Shown here in pieces: positions 43,019-57,400 of a stretch of 64,000 bases of DNA (position 1 is the stretch's first letter; each line of letters begins with the position of its first letter). The notes beneath the pieces are model-generated. The model searched no databases and had not been told where the DNA came from. It saw nothing but the letters and a program-made list of their open reading frames with translations. The translations under genes were made by a program, and so were the position numbers. Origin of the DNA: the human T2T-CHM13v2.0 reference genome, Homo sapiens. The DNA lies in the NCBI RefSeq assembly GCF_009914755.1, contig NC_060925.1; one strand, given 5' to 3'.

Positions 43019-46000
43019 ATGGAATCGTCATCGAATGAATTGAATGCAATCATCGAATGGTCTCGAATGGAACCATCTTCTAATGGAAAGGAATGGAATC
43101 ATCGCATAGAATCGAATGGAATTATCATCGAATGGAATCGAATGGTATCAACACCAAACGGAAAAAAACGGAATTATCGAATGGAATCGAAGAGAATCTT
43201 CGAACGGACCCGAATGGAATCATCTAATGGAATGGAATGGAATAATCCATGGACTCGAATGCAATGATCATCGAATGGAATCGAATGGAATCATCGAATG
43301 GACTCGAATGAAATAATCATTGAACGGAATCGAATGGAATCATCATCGGATGGAAATGAAAGGAGTCATCATCTAATGGAATTGCATGGAATCATCATAA
43401 AATGGAATCGAATGGAATCAACATCAAATGGAATCAAATGGAATCATTGAACGGAATTGAATGGAATCGTCATCGAATGAATTGAATGCAATCATCGAAT
43501 GGTCTCGAATGGAATCATCTTCAAATGGAATGGAATGGAATCATCGCATAGAATCGAATGGAATTATCATCGAATGGAATCGAATGGAATCAACATCAAA
43601 CGGAAAAAAACGGAATTATCGAATGGAATCGAAGAGAATCATCGAATGGACCCGAATGGAATCATCTAATGGAATGGAATGGAATAATCCATGGACTCGA
43701 ATGCAATCATCATCGAATGGAATCGAATGGAATCATCCAATGGACTCGAATGGAATAATCATTGAATGGAATCGAATGGAATCATCATCGTATGGAAATG
43801 AATGGAATCATCATCGAATGGAATCGAATAGAATTATGGAATGAAATCCAGTGTGATCATCATCGAATGGACCCGAATGGAATCATCATCCAACGGATGC
43901 TAATGGAATCAACATCGAATGAATCAAATGGAAACACCATCGAATTGAAACGAATGGAATTACCATGAAATTGAAATGGATGGACTCATCATCGAATGGA
44001 TTTGAAAGGAATCATCGAATAAAATTGATTGAAATCATCATCGAATGGAATCGAATGGTATCATTGAATGGAATCGAATGGAATCATCATCAGATGGAAA
44101 TGAATGGAATCGTCATAGAATGGAATCGAATGGATTCATTGAATGGAATCAGATGGAATCATCGAATGGACTGGAATGGAATCATTGAATGGACTCGAAA
44201 GAGATCATGATTGAATGGAATTGAATGGAATCATCGAATGGTCTCGATTGGAATCATTATCAAATGGAATCGAATGGAATCACCGAATAGAATCGAATGG
44301 AACAATCATCGAATGGACTCAAATGGAATTATCTTCCAATGGAATCGAATGGAATTATCGAATGCAATCGAATGGAATTATCGAATGCAATCGAATAGAA
44401 TCATCGAATGGACTCGAATGGAATCATCGAATGGAATGGAATGGAACAGTCAATGAACTCGAATGGAATCATCATTGAATGGAATCGAATGGAATCATCG
44501 AGTGGAATCGAATGGAATTATGATCAAATGGAATCGAATGTAATCATCATCAAATGGAATCAAAAATAACCATCATCAATTGGTATTGAATGGAATTGTC
44601 ATCAAATGGAATTCAAAGGAAACATCATCAAATGGAACCGAATGGAATCCTCATTGAATGGAAATGAAAGGGGTCATCATCTAATGGAATCGCATGGAAT
44701 CATCATCAAATGGAATCGAATGGAATCATCATCAAATGGAATCTAATGGAATCATTGAACAGAATTGAATGGAATCGTCATCGAATGAATTGAATGCAAT
44801 CATCGAATGGTCTCGAATGGAACCATCTTCTAATGGAAAGGAATGGAATCATCACATAGCATCGAATGGAATTATCATCGAATGGAATCGAATGGTATCA
44901 ACACCAAACGGAAAAAAACGGAATTATCGAATGGAATCGAAGAGAATCTTCGAACGGACCCGAATGGAATCATCTAATGGAATGGAATGGAATAATCCAT
45001 GGACTCGAATGCAATGATCATCGAATGGAATCGAATGGAATCATCGAATGGACTCGAATGAAATAATCATTGAACGGAATCGAATGGAATCATCATCGGA
45101 TGGAAATGAAAGGAGTCATCATCTAATGGAATTGCATGGAATCATCATAAAATGGAATCGAATGGAATCAACATCAAATGGAATCAAATGGAATCATTGA
45201 ACGGAATTGAATGGAATCGTCATCGAATGAATTGAATGCAATCATCGAATGGTCTCGAATGGAATCATCTTCAAATGGAATGGAATGGAATCATCGCATA
45301 GAATCGAATGGAATTATCATCGAATGGAATCGAATGGAATCAACATCAAACGGAAAAAAACGGAATTATCGAATGGAATCGAAGAGAATCATCGAATGGA
45401 CCCGAATGGAATCATCTAATGGAATGGAATGGAATAATCCATGGACTCGAATGCAATCATCATCGAATGGAATCGAATGGAATCATCCAATGGACTCGAA
45501 TGGAATAATCATTGAACGGAATCGAATGGAATCATCATCGGATGGAAATGAATGGAATCATCATCGAATGGAATCGAATAGAATTATGGAATGAAACCCA
45601 GTGTGATCATCATCGAATGGACCCGAATGGAATCATCATCCAACGGATGCTAATGGAATCAACATCGAATGAATCAAATGGAAACACCATCGAATTGAAA
45701 CGAATGGAATTACCATGAAATTGAAATGGATGGACTCATCATCGAATGGATTTGAAAGGAATCATCGAATAAAATTGATTGAAATCATCATCGAATGGAA
45801 TCGAATGGTATCATTGAATGGAATCGAATGGAATCATCATCAGATGGAAATGAATGGAATCGTCATAGAATGGAATCGAATGGATTCATTGAATGGAATC
45901 AGATGGAATCATCGAATGGACTGGAATGGAATCATTGAATGGACTCGAAAGAGATCATGATTGAATGGAATTGAATGGAATCATCGAATGGTCTCGATTG

Positions 46001-49000
46001 GAATCATTATCAAATGGAATCGAATGGAATCACCGAATAGAATCGAATGGAACAATCATCGAATGGACTCAAATGGAATTATCCTCCAATGGAATCGAAT
46101 GGAATTATCGAATGCAATCGAATGGAATTATCGAATGCAAACGAATAGAATCATCGAATGGACTCGAATGGAATCATCGAATGGAATGGAATGGAACAGT
46201 CAATGAACTCGAATGGAATCATCATTGAATGGAATCGAATGGAATCATCGAGTGGAATCGAATGGAATTATGATCAAATGGAATCGAATGTAATCATCAT
46301 CAAATGGAATCAAAAATAACCATCATCAATTGGTATTGAATGGAATTGTCATCAAATGGAATTCAAAGGAAACATCATCAAATGGAACCGAATGGAATCC
46401 TCATTGAATGGAAATGAAAGGGGTCATCATCTAATGGAATCGCATGGAATCATCATCAAATGGAATCGAATGGAATCATCATGAAATGGAATCTAATGGA
46501 ATCATTGAACAGAATTGAATGGAATCGTCATCGAATGAATTGAATGCAATCATCGAATGGTCTCGAATGGAACCATCTTCTAATGGAAAGGAATGGAATC
46601 ATCGCATAGAATCGAATGGAATTATCATCGAATGGAATCGAATGGTATCAACACCAAACGGAAAAAAACGGAATTATCGAATGGAATCGAAGAGAATCTT
46701 CGAACGGACCCGAATGGAATCATCTAATTGAATGGAATGGAATAATCCATGGACTCGAATGCAATCATCATCGAATGGAATCGAATGGAATCATCGAATG
46801 GACTCGAATGGAATAATCATTGAACGGAATCGAATGGAATCATCATCGGATGGAAACGAATGGAATCATCATCGAATGGAAATGAAAGGAGTCATCATCT
46901 AATGGAATTGCATGGAATCATCATAAAATGGAATCGAATGGAATCAACATCAAATGGAATCAAATGGAATCATTGAACGGAATTGAATGGAATCGTCATC
47001 GAATGAATTGAATGCAATCATCGAATGGTCTCGAATGGAATCATCTTCAAATGGAATGGAATGGAATCATCGCATAGAATCGAATGAAATTATCATCGAA
47101 TGGAATCGAATGGAATCAACATCAAACGGAAAAAAACGGAATTATCGAATGGAATCGAAGAGAATCATCGAATGGACCCGAATGGAATCATCTAATGGAA
47201 TGGAATGGAATAATCCATGGACTCGAATGCAATCATCATCGAATGGAATCGAATGGAATCATCGAATGGACTCGAATGGAATAATCATTGAACGGAATCG
47301 AATGGAATCATCATCGGATGGAAATGAAAGGAGTCATCATCTAATGGAATTGCATGGAATCATCATAAAATGGAATCGAATGGAATCAACATCAAATGGA
47401 ATCAAATGGAATCATTGAACGGAATTGAATGGAATCGTCATCGAATGAATTGAATGCAATCATCGAATGGTCTCGAATGGAATCATCTTCAAATGGAATG
47501 GAATGGAATCATCGCATAGAATCGAATGGAATTATCATCGAATGGAATCGAATGGAATCAACATCAAACGGAAAAAAACGGAATTATCGAATGGAATCGA
47601 AGAGAATCATCGAATGGACCCGAATGGAATCATCTAATGGAATGGAATGGAATAATCCATGGACTCGAATGCAATCATCATCGAATGGAATCAAATGGAA
47701 TCATCGAATGGACTCGAATGGAATAATCATTGAACGGAATCGAATGGAATCATCATCGGATGGAAATGAATGGAATCATCATCGAATGGAATCGAATAGA
47801 ATTATGGAATGAAATCCAGTGTGATCATCATCGAATGGACCCGAATGGAATCATCATCCAACGGATGCTAATGGAATCAACATCGAATGAATCAAATGGA
47901 AACACCATCGAATTGAAACGAATGGAATTACCATGAAATTGAAATGGATGGACTCATCATCGAATGGATTCGAAAGGAATCATCGAATAAAATTGATTGA
48001 AATCATCATCGAATGGAATCGAATGGTATCATTGAATGGAATCGAATGGAATCATCATCAGATGGAAATGAATGGAATCGTCATAGAATGGAATCGAATG
48101 GATTCATTGAATGGAATCAGATGGAATCATCGAATGGACTGGAATGGAATCATTGAATGGACTCGAAAGAGATCATGATTGAATGGAATTGAATGGAATC
48201 ATCGAATGGTCTCGATTGGAATCATTATCAAATGGAATCGAATGGAATCACCGAATAGAATCGAATGGAACAATCATCGAATGGACTCAAATGGAATTAT
48301 CCTCCAATGGAATCGAATGGAATTATCGAATGCAATCGAATGGAATTATCGAATGCAATCGAATAGAATCATCGAATGGACTCGAATGGAATCATCGAAT
48401 GGAATGGAATGGAACAGTCAATGAACTCGAATGGAATCATCATTGAATGGAATCGAATGGAATCATCGAGTGGAATCGAATGGAATTATGATCAAATGGA
48501 ATCGAATGTAATCATCATCAAATGGAATCAAAAATAACCATCATCAATTGGTATTGAATGGAATTGTCATCAAATGGAATTCAAAGGAAACATCATCAAA
48601 TGGAACCGAATGGAATCCTCATTGAATGGAAATGAAAGGGGTCATCATCTAATGGAATCGCATGGAATCATCATCAAATGGAATCGAATGGAATCATCAT
48701 CAAATGGAATCTAATGGAATCATTGAACAGAATTGAATGGAATCGTCATCGAATGAATTGAATGCAATCATCGAATGGTCTCGAATGGAACCATCTTCTA
48801 ATGGAAAGGAATGGAATCATCGCATAGAATCGAATGGAATTATCATCGAATGGAATCGAATGGTATCAACACCAAACGGAAAAAAACGGAATTATCGAAT
48901 GGAATCGAAGAGAATCTTCGAACGGACCCGAATGGAATCATCTAATGGAATGGAATGGAATAATCCATGGACTCGAATGCAATGATCATCGAATGGAATC

Positions 49001-52000
49001 GAATGGAATCATCGAATGGACTCGAATGAAATAATCATTGAACGGAATCGAATGGAATCATCATCGGATGGAAATGAAAGGAGTCATCATCTAATGGAAT
49101 TGCATGGAATCATCATAAAATGGAATCGAATGGAATCAACATCAAATGGAATCAAATGGAATCATTGAACGGAATTGAATGGAATCGTCATCGAATGAAT
49201 TGAATGCAATCATCGAATGGTCTCGAATGGAATCATCTTCAAATGGAATGGAATGGAATCATCGCATAGAATCGAATGGAATTATCATCGAATGGAATCG
49301 AATGGAATCAACATCAAACGGAAAAAAACGGAATTATCGAATGGAATCGAAGAGAATCATCGAATGGACCCGAATGGAATCATCTAATGGAATGGAATGG
49401 AATAATCCATGGACTCGAATGCAATCATCATCGAATGGAATCGAATGGAATCATCCAATGGACTCGAATGGAATAATCATTGAACGGAATCGAATGGAAT
49501 CATCATCGGATGGAAATGAATGGAATCATCATCGAATGGAATCGAATAGAATTATGGAATGAAATCCAGTGTGATCATCATCGAATGGACCCGAATGGAA
49601 TCATCATCCAACGGATGCTAATGGAATCAACATCGAATGAATCAAATGGAAACACCATCGAATTGAAACGAATGGAATTACCATGAAATTGAAATGGATG
49701 GACTCATCATCGAATGGATTCGAAAGGAATCATCGAATAAAATTGATTGAAATCATCATCGAATGGAATCGAATGGTATCATTGAATGGAATCGAATGGA
49801 ATCATCATCAGATGGAAATGAATGGAATCGTCATAGAATGGAATCGAATGGATTCATTGAATGGAATCAGATGGAATCATCGAATGGACTGGAATGGAAT
49901 CATTGAATGGACTCGAAAGAGATCATGATTGAATGGAATTGAATGGAATCATCGAATGGTCTCGATTGGAATCATTATCAAATGGAATCGAATGGAATCA
50001 CCGAATAGAATCGAATGGAACAATCATCGAATGGACTCAAATGGAATTATCCTCCAATGGAATCGAATGGAATTATCGAATGCAATCGAATGGAATTATC
50101 GAATGCAATCGAATAGAATCATCGAATGGACTCGAATGGAATCATCGAATGGAATGGAATGGAACAGTCAATGAACTCGAATGGAATCATCATTGAATGG
50201 AATCGAATGGAATCATCGAGTGGAATCGAATGGAATTATGATCAAATGGAATCGAATGTAATCATCATCAAATGGAATCAAAAATAACCATCATCAATTG
50301 GTATTGAATGGAATTGTCATCAAATGGAATTCAAAGGAAACATCATCAAATGGAACCGAATGGAATCCTCATTGAATGGAAATGAAAGGGGTCATCATCT
50401 AATGGAATCGCATGGAATCATCATCAAATGGAATCGAATGGAATCATCATCAAATGGAATCTAATGGAATCATTGAACAGAATTGAATGGAATCGTCATC
50501 GAATGAATTGAATGCAATCATCGAATGGTCTCGAATGGAACCATCTTCTAATGGAAAGGAATGGAATCATCGCATAGAATCGAATGGAATTATCATCGAA
50601 TGGAATCGAATGGTATCAACACCAAACGGAAAAAAACGGAATTATCGAATGGAATCGAAGAGAATCTTCGAACGGACCCGAATGGAATCATCTAATGGAA
50701 TGGAATGGAATAATCCATGGACTCGAATGCAATGATCATCGAATGGAATCGAATGGAATCATCGAATGGACTCGAATGAAATAATCATTGAACGGAATCG
50801 AATGGAATCATCATCGGATGGAAATGAAAGGAGTCATCATCTAATGGAATTGCATGGAATCATCATAAAATGGAATCGAATGGAATCAACATCAAATGGA
50901 ATCAAATGGAATCATTGAACGGAATTGAATGGAATCGTCATCGAATGAATTGAATGCAATCATCGAATGGTCTCGAATGGAATCACCTTCAAATGGAATG
51001 GAATGGAATCATCGCATAGAATCGAATGGAATTATCATCGAATGGAATCGAATGGAATCAACATCAAACGGAAAAAAACGGAATTATCGAATGGAATCGA
51101 AGAGAATCATCGAATGGACCCGAATGGAATCATCTAATGGAATGGAATGGAATAATCCATGGACTCGAATGCAATCATCATCGAATGGAATCGAATGGAA
51201 TCATCCAATGGACTCGAATGGAATAATCATTGAACGGAATCGAATGGAATCATCATCGGATGGAAATGAATGGAATCATCATCGAATGGAATCGAATAGA
51301 ATTATGGAATGAAATCCAGTGTGATCATCATCGAATGGACCCGAATGGAATCATCATCCAACGGATGCTAATGGAATCAACATCGAATGAATCAAATGGA
51401 AACACCATCGAATTGAAACGAATGGAATTACCATGAAATTGAAATGGATGGACTCATCATCGAATGGATTCGAAAGGAATCATCGAATAAAATTGATTGA
51501 AATCATCATCGAATGGAATCGAATGGTATCATTGAATGGAATCGAATGGAATCATCATCAGATGGAAATGAATGGAATCGTCATAGAATGGAATCGAATG
51601 GATTCATTGAATGGAATCAGATGGAATCATCGAATGGACTGGAATGGAATCATTGAATGGACTCGAAAGAGATCATGATTGAATGGAATTGAATGGAATC
51701 ATCGAATGGTCTCGATTGGAATCATTATCAAATGGAATCGAATGGAATCACCGAATAGAATCGAATGGAACAATCATCGAATGGACTCAAATGGAATTAT
51801 CCTCCAATGGAATCGAATGGAATTATCGAATGCAATCGAATGGAATTATCGAATGCAAACGAATAGAATCATCGAATGGACTCGAATGGAATCATCGAAT
51901 GGAATGGAATGGAACAGTCAATGAACTCGAATGGAATCATCATTGAATGGAATCGAATGGAATCATCGAGTGGAATCGAATGGAATTATGATCAAATGGA

Positions 52001-54454
52001 ATCGAATGTAATCATCATCAAATGGAATCAAAAATAACCATCATCAATTGGTATTGAATGGAATTGTCATCAAATGGAATTCAAAGGAAACATCATCAAA
52101 TGGAACCGAATGGAATCCTCATTGAATGGAAATGAAAGGGGTCATCATCTAATGGAATCGCATGGAATCATCATCAAATGGAATCGAATGGAATCATCAT
52201 GAAATGGAATCTAATGGAATCATTGAACAGAATTGAATGGAATCGTCATCGAATGAATTGAATGCAATCATCGAATGGTCTCGAATGGAACCATCTTCTA
52301 ATGGAAAGGAATGGAATCATCGCATAGAATCGAATGGAATTATCATCGAATGGAATCGAATGGTATCAACACCAAACGGAAAAAAACGGAATTATCGAAT
52401 GGAATCGAAGAGAATCTTCGAACGGACCCGAATGGAATCATCTAATTGAATGGAATGGAATAATCCATGGACTCGAATGCAATCATCATCGAATGGAATC
52501 GAATGGAATCATCGAATGGACTCGAATGGAATAATCATTGAACGGAATCGAATGGAATCATCATCGGATGGAAACGAATGGAATCATCATCGAATGGAAA
52601 TGAAAGGAGTCATCATCTAATGGAATTGCATGGAATCATCATAAAATGGAATCGAATGGAATCAACATCAAATGGAATCAAATGGAATCATTGAACGGAA
52701 TTGAATGGAATCGTCATCGAATGAATTGAATGCAATCATCGAATGGTCTCGAATGGAATCATCTTCAAATGGAATGGAATGGAATCATCGCATAGAATCG
52801 AATGAAATTATCATCGAATGGAATCGAATGGAATCAACATCAAACGGAAAAAAACGGAATTATCGAATGGAATCGAAGAGAATCATCGAATGGACCCGAA
52901 TGGAATCATCTAATGGAATGGAATGGAATAATCCATGGACTCGAATGCAATCATCATCGAATGGAATCGAATGGAATCATCGAATGGACTCGAATGGAAT
53001 AATCATTGAACGGAATCGAATGGAATCATCATCGGATGGAAATGAAAGGAGTCATCATCTAATGGAATTGCATGGAATCATCATAAAATGGAATCGAATG
53101 GAATCAACATCAAATGGAATCAAATGGAATCATTGAACGCAATTGAATGGAATCGTCATCGAATGAATTGAATGCAATCATCGAATGGTCTCGAATGGAA
53201 TCATCTTCAAATGGAATGGAATGGAATCATCGCATAGAATCGAATGGAATTATCATCGAATGGAATCGAATGGAATCAACATCAAACGGAAAAAAACGGA
53301 ATTATCGAATGGAATCGAAGAGAATCATCGAATGGACCCGAATGGAATCATCTAATGGAATGGAATGGAATAATCCATGGACTCGAATGCAATCATCATC
53401 GAATGGAATCAAATGGAATCATCGAATGGACTCGAATGGAATAATCATTGAACGGAATCGAATGGAATCATCATCGGATGGAAATGAATGGAATCATCAT
53501 CGAATGGAATCGAATAGAATTATGGAATGAAATCCAGTGTGATCATCATCGAATGGACCCGAATGGAATCATCAAACAACGGATGCTAATGGAATCAACA
53601 TCGAATGAATCAAATGGAAACACCATCGAATTGAAACGAATGGAATTACCATGAAATTGAAATGGATGGACTCATCATCGAATGGATTCGAAAGGAATCA
53701 TCGAATAAAATTGATTGAAATCATCATCGAATGGAATCGAATGGTATCATTGAATGGAATCGAATGGAATCATCATCAGATGGAAATGAATGGAATCGTC
53801 ATAGAATGGAATCGAATGGATTCATTGAATGGAATCAGATGGAATCATCGAATGGACTGGAATGGAATCATTGAATGGACTCGAAAGAGATCATGATTGA
53901 ATGGAATTGAATGGAATCATCGAATGGTCTCGATTGGAATCATTATCAAATGGAATCGAATGGAATCACCGAATAGAATCGAATGGAACAATCATCGAAT
54001 GGACTCAAATGGAATTATCCTCCAATGGAATCGAATGGAATTATCGAATGAAATCGAATGGAATTATCGAATGCAATCGAATAGAATCATCGAATGGACT
54101 CGAATGGAATCATCGAATGGAATGGAATGGAACAGTCAATGAACTCGAATGGAATCATCATTGAATGGAATCGAATGGAATCATCGAGTGGAATCGAATG
54201 GAATTATGATCAAATGGAATCGAATGTAATCATCATCAAATGGAATCAAAAATAACCATCATCAATTGGTATTGAATGGAATTGTCATCAAATGGAATTC
54301 AAAGGAAACATCATCAAATGGAACCGAATGGAATCCTCATTGAATGGAAATGAAAGGGGTCATCATCTAATGGAATCGCATGGAATCATCATCAAATGGA
54401 ATCGAATGGAATCATCATGAAATGGAATCTAATGGAATCATTGAACAGAATTGA
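43019..54454. repeat. Two copies of a 5718-bp super-unit (1750+1750+2218)
   Basis: Unit starts at 43019, 44769, 46519 and then 48737, 50487, 52237, ending at 54455. A private variant CATCTAATTGAA (truncating the ORFs 46519-46731 and 52237-52449) recurs at a 5718-bp offset. Confidence 0.9.
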
Positions 54455-57400
54455 ATGGAATCGTCATCGAATGAATTGAATGCAATCATCGAATGGTCTC
54501 GAATGGAACCATCTTCTAATGGAAAGGAATGGAATCATCGCATAGAATCGAATGGAATTATCATCGAATGGAATCGAATGGTATCAACACCAAACGGAAA
54601 AAAACGGAATTATCGAATGGAATCGAAGAGAATCTTCGAACGGACCCGAATGGAATCATCTAATGGAATGGAATGGAATAATCCATGGACTCGAATGCAA
54701 TCATCATCGAATGGAATCGAATGGAATCATCGAATGGACTCGAATGAAATAATCATTGAACGGAATCGAATGGAATCATCATCGGATGGAAACGAATGGA
54801 ATCATCATCGAATGGAAATGAAAGGAGTCATCATCTAATGGAATTGCATGGAATCATCATAAAATGGAATCGAATGGAATCAACATCAAATGGAATCAAA
54901 TGGAATCATTGAACGGAATTGAATGGAATCGTCATCGAATGAATTGAATGCAATCATCGAATGGTCTCGAATGGAATCATCTTCAAATGGAATGGAATGG
55001 AATCATCGCATAGAATCGAATGAAATTATCATCGAATGGAATCGAATGGAATCAACATCAAACGGAAAAAAACGGAATTATCGAATGGAATCGAAGAGAA
55101 TCATCGAATGGACCCGAATGGAATCATCTAATGGAATGGAATGGAATAATCCATGGACTCGAATGCAATCATCATCGAATGGAATCGAATGGAATCATCG
55201 AATGGACTCGAATGGAATAATCATTGAACGGAATCGAATGGAATCATCATCGGATGGAAATGAAAGGAGTCATCATCTAATGGAATTGCATGGAATCATC
55301 ATAAAATGGAATCGAATGGAATCAACATCAAATGGAATCAAATGGAATCATTGAACGGAATTGAATGGAATCGTCATCGAATGAATTGAATGCAATCATC
55401 GAATGGTCTCGAATGGAATCATCTTCAAATGGAATGGAATGGAATCATCGCATAGAATCGAATGGAATTATCATCGAATGGAATCGAATGGAATCAACAT
55501 CAAACGGAAAAAAACGGAATTATCGAATGGAATCGAAGAGAATCATCGAATGGACCCGAATGGAATCATCTAATGGAATGGAATGGAATAATCCATGGAC
55601 TCGAATGCAATCATCATCGAATGGAATCAAATGGAATCATCGAATGGACTCGAATGGAATAATCATTGAACGGAATCGAATGGAATCATCATCGGATGGA
55701 AATGAATGGAATCATCATCGAATGGAATCGAATAGAATTATGGAATGAAATCCAGTGTGATCATCATCGAATGGACCCGAATGGAATCATCATCCAACGG
55801 ATGCTAATGGAATCAACATCGAATGAATCAAATGGAAACACCATCGAATTGAAACGAATGGAATTACCATGAAATTGAAATGGATGGACTCATCATCGAA
55901 TGGATTCGAAAGGAATCATCGAATAAAATTGATTGAAATCATCATCGAATGGAATCGAATGGTATCATTGAATGGAATCGAATGGAATCATCATCAGATG
56001 GAAATGAATGGAATCGTCATAGAATGGAATCGAATGGATTCATTGAATGGAATCAGATGGAATCATCGAATGGACTGGAATGGAATCATTGAATGGACTC
56101 GAAAGAGATCATGATTGAATGGAATTGAATGGAATCATCGAATGGTCTCGATTGGAATCATTATCAAATGGAATCGAATGGAATCACCGAATAGAATCGA
56201 ATGGAACAATCATCGAATGGACTCAAATGGAATTATCCTCCAATGGAATCGAATGGAATTATCGAATGAAATCGAATGGAATTATCGAATGCAATCGAAT
56301 AGAATCATCGAATGGACTCGAATGGAATCATCGAATGGAATGGAATGGAACAGTCAATGAACTCGAATGTAATCATCATTGAATGGAATCGAATGGAATC
56401 ATCGAGTGGAATCGAATGGAATTATGATCAAATGGAATCGAATGTAATCATCATCAAATGGAATCAAAAATAACCATCATCAATTGGTATTGAATGGAAT
56501 TGTCATCAAATGGAATTCAAAGGAAACATCATCAAATGGAACCGAATGGAATCCTCATTGAATGGAAATGAAAGGGGTCATCATCTAATGGAATCGCATG
56601 GAATCATCATCAAATGGAATCGAATGGAATCATCATCAAATGGAATCTAATGGAATCATTGAACAGAATTGAATGGAATCGTCATCGAATGAATTGAATG
56701 CAATCATCGAATGGTCTCGAATGGAACCATCTTCTAATGGAAAGGAATGGAATCATCGCATAGAATCGAATGGAATTATCATCGAATGGAATCGAATGGT
56801 ATCAACACCAAACGGAAAAAAACGGAATTATCGAATGGAATCGAAGAGAATCTTCGAACGGACCCGAATGGAATCATCTAATGGAATGGAATGGAATAAT
56901 CCATGGACTCGAATGCAATCATCATCGAATGGAATCGAATGGAATCATCGAATGGACTCGAATGAAATAATCATTGAACGGAATCGAATGGAATCATCAT
57001 CGGATGGAAACGAATGGAATCATCATCGAATGGAAATGAAAGGAGTCATCATCTAATGGAATTGCATGGAATCATCATAAAATGGAATCGAATGGAATCA
57101 ACATCAAATGGAATCAAATGGAATCATTGAACGGAATTGAATGGAATCGTCATCGAATAAATTGAATGCAATCATCGAATGGTCTCGAATGGAATCATCT
57201 TCAAATGGAATGGAATGGAATCATCGCATAGAATCGAATGGAATTATCATCGAATGGAATCGAATGGAATCAACATCAAACGGAAAAAAACGGAATTATC
57301 GAATGGAATCGAAGAGAATCATCGAATGGACCCGAATGGAATCATCTAATGGAATGGAATGGAATAATCCATGGACTCGAATGCAATCATCATCGAATGG

